Of a stretch of DNA of 64,000 nucleotides, positions 58,238 to 64,000 are shown one piece after another. The stretch is taken from NCBI GenBank assembly GCA_034521595.1, contig JAXHMG010000003.1:2112001-2176000 (forward strand), in the 5' to 3' direction. The notes beneath the pieces are model-generated. The model was not told the DNA's origin and did not search any database. It saw nothing but the letters and a program-made list of their open reading frames with translations. Position 1 is the first letter of the stretch. The number at the start of each line of letters is the position of its first letter. Made by a program: the position numbers and the translations under genes. The DNA is from Gemmatimonadota bacterium. GTDB lineage: Bacteria > Gemmatimonadota > Gemmatimonadetes > Longimicrobiales > Gaopeijiaceae.

Positions 58238-58311
58238 TGCACGAATGTGCAGTTACGACACAAGGCCATCGGTTCCCGGGGCATCACAGCGGGTATATGC
58301 ACGATCATGCA
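58238..58311. promoter_or_regulatory. Paired TGCA-N6-TGCA operator-like palindromes, 60 bp apart
   Basis: ATATGCACGAATGTGCA and ATATGCACGATCATGCA upstream of the hipA remnant. Confidence 0.6.
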
Positions 58312-58451
58312 ACCGACTTCGAGTCTGCTGGGCGGCAGCTGGAGCGTGGCATTTCCGGAGGAAGTGGACTCTGCCTTGGTATTCCAGCCCCTGACGGTCC
58401 ACGGAAAGGTCCCTGGCGCATGCAGGCGACGCCCTGGGCGGGCCGCGCCCC

Positions 58452-58750
58452 TCAGCGACTTCGAGCCGTGACGAGCCCACCGTTCTCCCCGAGCGCCGTG
58501 GCCGGCAGATAGATCCCCTCCGGGGTGCGCGACCACCAGGCGCCCGTCTCACGCCGCTCCGCCGGCGTGGTGAACCGGTAGCGCCAGAACCCGGCCCGGA
58601 TCCAGCGGGGCGGGCCCTCCGGGAACGGATCGCCGGCCATGAGCGCGAGGGTGGCCGATTCGCCCTGGAGGAGCTTCCGGATCAGCGGCACGAACCAGTG
58701 CTGGTGCGCCGGCGGCGAGAGGGGCACGAACCACATCAGCCAGTCGAGGC
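58452..58750 (-). pseudogene. C-terminal remnant of a lipase maturation factor (LMF1) family protein
   Basis: RLDWLMWF...WF..L..KLL.G....L.L...DPFP..PPRWIRA..WRYRFTT..E...TG.WW.R. Confidence 0.8.
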
Positions 58751-59190
58751 GTATCTGGCCAAGTACATGGAGTTTAGAGACGAGCGTGGACACGCGCTGG
58801 TGGTCCGCAACGGCAGAGCTCGGCCGCAGAAGGTGACGGTGGGCTCGGGCACGGTGGAGGTCGAGGCGCCGCGGGTGCACGACCGGCGGCCGGGCGAGAA
58901 GTTCACGAGCCGGATCCTGCCGCCGTGGATGCGGCGGAGCCCGAAGGTCGACGAGGTGATCCCGGTGCTGTACCTGCGGGGTCTGTCGACACGGGACTTC
59001 CGGGAGGCGTTGCCGGTGCTGCTGGGTGAAGCGGCGAGCGGGCTCTCGCCGTCGAGCATCAGTCGCAAGCTCGAGGCATGGGAGGCGGAAGTGGCGGCCC
59101 GGAAGAAGCGAGACCTCTCGGACGTGGACTACGTGTACATGTGGGCCGACGGGGTGCACGTGAACGTGCGGCTGGGTGAGCAGGACGGCA
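58743..59190 (+). mobile_element. IS256 family transposase fragment
   Basis: VVRNG...V.APRV.DRR...FTS.ILP...RRSP...LYLRGLST.DF..AL, RDLS...YVY.WADG; both ends truncated. Confidence 0.88.
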
Positions 59191-59207
59191 CCGCTGGCTC
59201 GACGCTG

Positions 59208-59279
59208 TCGCTCAGGTGAGCAGTCGGTACACCGTGCTCGAGCGAACCCGAACGCGAGAATCCCGCACGTCAGGTAGCG
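59208..59279 (-). mobile_element. IS91-like transposase zinc-binding domain remnant
   Basis: Manual translation RYLTCGILAFGFARARCTDCSPER; not in the ORF track. Confidence 0.65.
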
Positions 59280-59431
59280 ATGGTCCGGGGGGCATCCGAG
59301 CGGAGGAAGGTCGAGGAGGGTGGCCTCGGTCGCGACATGGTTCTGGGCGAGGCCATTGCGGCGGCCCGCCCTAGGATGTCGATTCGCGGCGGGCCCACCC
59401 CCTTCGCACTCCCCAGCTCGAGGAATCTCCC

Positions 59432-60913
59432 ATGCCCTGGCAGCCCCGCGCGAAAGGCGACCGCCAGATCGGCAGCCTCCGCGACGCCCTCACGCGTCTT
59501 CCCGACGGATACTTCGACGGCCTCGGCCTTCCCCGGGGTGCCGTGGAGGAGCTGCAAGCGGGCATGGAAGGCCCGGTGTTGGTTCCCGGGATGGCCGGGT
59601 ATGACGAAGCCCGCTGGCGGGGCTCCCACTACCCCGACTTGGACACTCCCGGCATCATCGCGCTCTGCGAGGTCGTGCCGGACATCGCGTCCTGCCTGCG
59701 TGTCGCGCGCGGGTACGGCCTGGACTTCGCTCCGCGGTCGGGAGGTCACAGCACCGTGGGGTACGGGGTCGCCCAGGGCTTGGTGGTGGACCTGAGCCCC
59801 CTGCACGGCGTGCTCATGGAGGGCGATGGGCGCACCGTCCGGGTCCAGGCCGGCGCCAACCTTTCCAAGGTGTACAGGACCCTGGAGATGGACGGACTCC
59901 ACATTCCCGGCGGAGAGTGCGACACGGTGGGTGTGGCGGGACACATGCAGGGGGGCGGCTACGGCTTCACGTCACGGCAGTTCGGGCTGAACTGCGATCA
60001 GGTGGTGGCGGTGGACGTGATGCTGGCCGACGGCCGCGTGGTGCGGGCGACGGGGGACCAGGAGCCCGATCTGTTCTGGGCGGTGCGTGGGGGTACGGGA
60101 AACAACTTCGGCGTCCTCACCGAGGTGCGCTATCGGACGGCCGAGCTGGGCGCGCTCTGGGGTGGGACTTTCCAGTGGCCCATGGACGCGGCTCCCGCCC
60201 TCCTGACCGAAATCCAGCGAAGCTACATCTTCACCGGCGCTCCGCCGGAGCTGGGCTTCCAACTCGCGTTCAGCTTTTGGGAGGGCGAGCCGGTGTTCAC
60301 GCTCATGTGCATGTTCGATGGGAGCGAGGAGGCGGGGCGGAGCGAGATGGAGCGGCTGTTCGCCGTACACCAGCCACACCGGGAGATCTTCTCGAAGGTG
60401 GACCGCTACTTCGATCTGAACCGCGACCTCATTCAGAGCTTCTATCCGGAGATGCCGCCGCCGGGCACGTTCGAGCTCAAGAGCTCGGCCTACGTCGACC
60501 GGGAGCTGGCGCCGGGTGCGTGGCAGGACATCCTCGAGCTCTTCCTGAAGAGCCCGAACCCCTACAACGTGATGGCCATGGAGGTATATGGCGGCCGCAT
60601 CTCGGCGGTGGACCCCGCCGATACGGCGTTCGTGCACCGCAAGGCGCATGGAGACCTGTTCGTCGATTCGTTCTTCAACGAAGACTGGGAGCACAACGGA
60701 CGTCAGGAGGCCGAGGCCTGGCTCGCGGCCATGAGCGACGTCCTGGTCAGGCACGGCAACGGACGCCGGTACCAGAACTACCCCGAGCGGGGCATCGAGC
60801 GCCCTCTCGAAGCGTACTTCGGAGAGAATCTGAAGCGGCTGAAGGACGTCAAGAAGGCCTACGACCCGGAGTCCTTCTTCCGCTTCGAGCAGAGCATCCC
60901 GCCCGCCGACTGA
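59432..60913 (+). CDS. FAD-linked oxidase (berberine bridge enzyme-like)
   Basis: RSGGH covalent-FAD His, GEC.TVGVAG...GGGYG, DLFWAVRGG..NFGV, YQNY, YFG.N..RL..VK..YDP...F. Confidence 0.92.
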   Translation: MPWQPRAKGDRQIGSLRDALTRLPDGYFDGLGLPRGAVEELQAGMEGPVLVPGMAGYDEARWRGSHYPDLDTPGIIALCEVVPDIASCLRVARGYGLDFAPRSGGHSTVGYGVAQGLVVDLSPLHGVLMEGDGRTVRVQAGANLSKVYRTLEMDGLHIPGGECDTVGVAGHMQGGGYGFTSRQFGLNCDQVVAVDVMLADGRVVRATGDQEPDLFWAVRGGTGNNFGVLTEVRYRTAELGALWGGTFQWPMDAAPALLTEIQRSYIFTGAPPELGFQLAFSFWEGEPVFTLMCMFDGSEEAGRSEMERLFAVHQPHREIFSKVDRYFDLNRDLIQSFYPEMPPPGTFELKSSAYVDRELAPGAWQDILELFLKSPNPYNVMAMEVYGGRISAVDPADTAFVHRKAHGDLFVDSFFNEDWEHNGRQEAEAWLAAMSDVLVRHGNGRRYQNYPERGIERPLEAYFGENLKRLKDVKKAYDPESFFRFEQSIPPAD

Positions 60914-60940
60914 CGAGGCTCGACAGTCCGCGGGAGACGC

Positions 60941-63616
60941 CTATCGCGGGCTGTCACTCTCCCACCGGACCCGCCAGAGGTCGGCCTCGGTGACGGTGCG
61001 GGAGAAATAGATCCAGCGCCCGTCCGCCGAGACGCTCCCCAGACCCAGCACATCGTTCCCGAGGCCGAAGATCTCACGGACGTCTCCCGTGCGGGTATCG
61101 GCGAGGTACAGTCGGCTCCCCCAGGCGAAGACGAGCCGGCGGCCGTCCGGAAGCCACTGGGGAGCGTCTCCGAACTCGGAGATGGTCTCCAACCCCCGGG
61201 ACGCCAGCGTGTACACAACGATGCCGCTTCCGCCGGCCGCCGGTGGAAGCACCCCGGCGATGCGAGCTCCGTCGGGGGACCAGGTGGGGCGCACCATCCG
61301 ATCACCGGGGATCAGCATCTCGGGGCCCGCGCCCTCGTCCTCCACCGATACCGCGGATACGCCCCGTCCGATCTCGACGAAGCCGACGCGCCGGCTGGTG
61401 GGCTCCCAGAACGAATAGATGGTGATCACGCTGGAAGACGTGAGACGGCGGAGGGGCACCTCCTCGAAGGCTTCGGAGACACCGACTCGTGGAGCGAGGG
61501 CGCCGGACACGAGGCCGGTGACGTCTGCCTCCCAGATTTGGTAGCCATCGCTGCGATCCGAGTGAAAGGCCAACCTGCGGCCGTCGGGGGCCCACTGAGG
61601 CGAGCGGTCGTTTCCGGCGTCGTCGGTGATACGGCGTGAGCCCGTTCCGTCGGTGGCGGCGACGTGCAGCGCCATGGGCTCTTCGAGGGTGTAGAAGGCG
61701 ACCCACAGGCCGTCCGGGGAGACCGAGGGCTCGATGGCCATCATGCCACCGGACGTGACGGGCTCGGGCGGGCCGGTGACGGAGCCGGTCTCGGGATCGA
61801 AGGGAATCCTGTGGATGTTGGAGGTGGTGAGACGCTCCACATAGAGCGCGTCACCGGTGTGCCGGGCGATGGTCGCATGCTCGTGGGATCCGGCGGCTCC
61901 GCTGGTGAGGGGTACGGCGGGCCCGAGCACACGCCTCCCCTCGGAAGCGACGGGCACCGACCAAAGGCTCCGGCTCCCCCCTCGGTCGCTCGAGAACAGG
62001 AGATGCCTGCCGTCCGCGGACCATACGGGATTCCAGTCGACCCAGCGGTCGTCCGTCATCATGACGGGATCACTCCCATCGGCGGCGATGGTCCAGATAT
62101 CCCGCTGGCTGGTGAGCCTTCCGTCCCGCATGACGCTCCAGAAGGCGATCCGCGTCCCGTCCGGCGACCAGCTGGGCTGCACCGCGTCGATGTCGCTCAC
62201 CCGCCGCTGCTCACCCGTGGCGAGATCGAAGACGAACAGGTTGCTGAGGCTGCGCCGGGTGGAGGGATCCGTGACACCCTCGGTAGCGAAGAGGATACGG
62301 CCGCCATCCGGGGACCAGACGGGATTGTACCCGAAGTTGGTGAGCCTCGCCGGAGCTCCGCCGTCCAGCTCCATGACGAAGAGCCCGCCCCCGTTCCGCT
62401 CGGAGCGGAACACCACGCTGTGGCCGTCCGGCGAGAGGGTGGGCTGGGTGTTGCCGAGGGAGGGATCGTGGGTCAGCCTCTCCTCCGTCCCGTCCACCAG
62501 GGACCTGAGGTAGAGGTCGCCACGGCGTTCGAAGACCACCGTGTCTCCGGACGCCGTGAGCGCCGGAAAGAGCTCCGGCGCCGCGTCCCGTGTGACGCGC
62601 TCGAAGGACGCCGGTGGAAGACCGGGCACCGCGGGCCGGTTCAGCACGAAGAGGACGGCCAGGGCGACGGCGGCGACCCCGAGGATGGCGAGCCCTCGAC
62701 CGTACGAGGCCCGGGGAGACCCGGATGTGGGGGCGGCGCCTTCGGCCGCGACTCCTGGAGCACCTGCCGCAGCGCCGCGGGCCTCCACCAGGGCGTCGGC
62801 GAAGGCTTCCGCCGAATCGAAGCGGTCCACCGGGAGCTTCTGTAGCGCCCGCGTCAGCACCGCGTCGACCTCGGGTGGAACCGCCTCCCTGAGCCTCCGG
62901 ACCGACGGAATCGGATCCGTCATCCGCTTGATGGTCACCATACGCGCCGTGGGACCGGTGTAGGGAGGCTCCCCCGCGAGCATCTGGTAGAGGACGCACG
63001 CCAGGCCGTAGACGTCGCTTCGCGCGGTCACGTCGTCGGCCCCGGAAGCCTGCTCCGGGCTCATGTACAGGGGCGTGCCCACGGTGATGCCCGTCGACGT
63101 GAGGGCCGCTCCACCGGCATCGTCCACCACGATGTGCGCGATGCCGAAGTCGCACACGAAGGTGCGCCCTCCCGAAAGCATGATGTTGCCGGGCTTCACG
63201 TCGCGGTGGATGACACCGGACCGGTGCGCGTGGTCCAGCCCTCGGGCAACATCCACGGCGATGTCGATGGCTTCGTCCACGGGCAGGGGACCGTCCCGCT
63301 CCAGGCGGTCTGCGAGGGTCTCGCCCGACAGGAAAGGCATGACGTAGTAGACGAGCCCATCGGCCTCCCCCGAGTCGTAGAGAGTAAGGATATGCGGGTG
63401 CTGGAGCCCCGCGGTGACTCGAATCTCGTGGAGGAAGCGCTGCGTCCCCACGGCAGCCGCTATTTCGGGGTGGAGCACCTTGAGCGCCACGTCCCGATGG
63501 TGCTTCACATCCCGAGCGCGATACACGCTCGCCATGCCGCCTCGACCGACGAGGCTGAGCTTTTCGTAGCGGCCGTCCAGAGCTCGCGTAAGTCGTTCGA
63601 GGGTCGGGTCGGTCAC
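60941..63616 (-). CDS. Hanks-type Ser/Thr kinase with TM helix and TolB/PD40-like beta-propeller
   Basis: GRGGMA.VY, VALK, HRDVKPGN, DFG, GTPLYMSPEQ, TM, repeated P.WSPDG; GTG start at 63616. Confidence 0.92.
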   Translation of the reverse strand: MTDPTLERLTRALDGRYEKLSLVGRGGMASVYRARDVKHHRDVALKVLHPEIAAAVGTQRFLHEIRVTAGLQHPHILTLYDSGEADGLVYYVMPFLSGETLADRLERDGPLPVDEAIDIAVDVARGLDHAHRSGVIHRDVKPGNIMLSGGRTFVCDFGIAHIVVDDAGGAALTSTGITVGTPLYMSPEQASGADDVTARSDVYGLACVLYQMLAGEPPYTGPTARMVTIKRMTDPIPSVRRLREAVPPEVDAVLTRALQKLPVDRFDSAEAFADALVEARGAAAGAPGVAAEGAAPTSGSPRASYGRGLAILGVAAVALAVLFVLNRPAVPGLPPASFERVTRDAAPELFPALTASGDTVVFERRGDLYLRSLVDGTEERLTHDPSLGNTQPTLSPDGHSVVFRSERNGGGLFVMELDGGAPARLTNFGYNPVWSPDGGRILFATEGVTDPSTRRSLSNLFVFDLATGEQRRVSDIDAVQPSWSPDGTRIAFWSVMRDGRLTSQRDIWTIAADGSDPVMMTDDRWVDWNPVWSADGRHLLFSSDRGGSRSLWSVPVASEGRRVLGPAVPLTSGAAGSHEHATIARHTGDALYVERLTTSNIHRIPFDPETGSVTGPPEPVTSGGMMAIEPSVSPDGLWVAFYTLEEPMALHVAATDGTGSRRITDDAGNDRSPQWAPDGRRLAFHSDRSDGYQIWEADVTGLVSGALAPRVGVSEAFEEVPLRRLTSSSVITIYSFWEPTSRRVGFVEIGRGVSAVSVEDEGAGPEMLIPGDRMVRPTWSPDGARIAGVLPPAAGGSGIVVYTLASRGLETISEFGDAPQWLPDGRRLVFAWGSRLYLADTRTGDVREIFGLGNDVLGLGSVSADGRWIYFSRTVTEADLWRVRWESDSPR

Positions 63617-63703
63617 GGGTATGGGGTAGAGAGGGACGTCATTCTTGCAATGCGCTACCCGCACAGGGTAGCGTGGAACACACACGCTATCACACGGGAG
63701 ATC

Positions 63704-64000
63704 ATGGAGCGAGACACCGAGGGAGGGGAGGACACCGCCGTCGAACGCTTGCTCCCGATGGTTTACGACGAGCTGCATCGGCTCGCCCACGCGGCCATGC
63801 GCGGTGAATCCACCGGCCACACGCTGCAGACCACGGCGCTGGTGCACGAAGCCTACGTGCGGCTGGTGAGCGCGGATCTCGAGTGGGAGGGATCCGCCCA
63901 CTTCCTGAGGATTGCCGCCCGCGCCATGCGCAGGGTTCTGGTGGATCACGCCAGGGCTCGGAAGGCGGCGAAGCGAGGAAGCGGGGCTCCGGTGATGCTC
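63704..64000 (+). CDS. ECF sigma factor (TIGR02999-like), 3'-partial
   Basis: Manual translation LLPMVYDELHRLA...HTLQTTALVHEAYVRL...HF..IAARAMRRVLVDHAR.RKA.KRG; GGAG RBS; no stop before window end. Confidence 0.9.
   Translation, partial: MERDTEGGEDTAVERLLPMVYDELHRLAHAAMRGESTGHTLQTTALVHEAYVRLVSADLEWEGSAHFLRIAARAMRRVLVDHARARKAAKRGSGAPVML

Noticed and set aside
63617..63949. N-terminal 111 aa of the 1002-aa kinase ORF
   Set aside because: It is the antisense of the ECF sigma gene; the kinase domain starts after GTG 63616
1..64000. CRISPR arrays, tRNA/rRNA genes, prophage or integrase
   Set aside because: No regularly spaced repeats, cloverleaf or rRNA-like segments, or phage/integrase motifs were seen by inspection

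Overview
High-GC bacterial chromosomal window. Gene content (orphan ADOP-type ABC permeases with PadR, a SusC/SusD-like pair, secreted beta-propellers, a TIGR02999-like ECF sigma factor beside a Ser/Thr kinase, BlaI with an M56-TonB fusion) suggests Gemmatimonadota or a similar lineage; this is inference. Most of the window is intact envelope, nutrient and signalling genes: secreted peptidases (M14 x2, M28, M16 pair), two TonB-dependent receptors, two hybrid histidine kinases, a LysC-LysA fusion, an ABC-F ATPase, an HDAC-like deacetylase and an ADP-ribosylglycohydrolase. Several patches are decayed: an nrfH-nrfA-dsbB operon (11.5-12.7 kb), a lower-GC patch ending in an antitoxin plus amber-interrupted RelE/ParE-like toxin (30.5-34.6 kb), and a cluster of VapC, HipA, LMF1, IS256 and IS91 fragments (56.2-59.3 kb). 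Notable non-coding or hidden signals: a 159-bp MITE inserted in a stop codon, a TGCA-NNNTCG-TGCA box upstream of two unrelated toxin-antitoxin loci, BlaI and PadR operator pairs, a sigma54-like promoter and a probable ATC start codon. The most unusual protein is a GspE/PilB N-terminal domain fused to a receiver domain with no ATPase. I saw no rRNA, tRNA or CRISPR array. All family calls come from motif recognition, not database searches, and no clearly new multi-gene system could be established.
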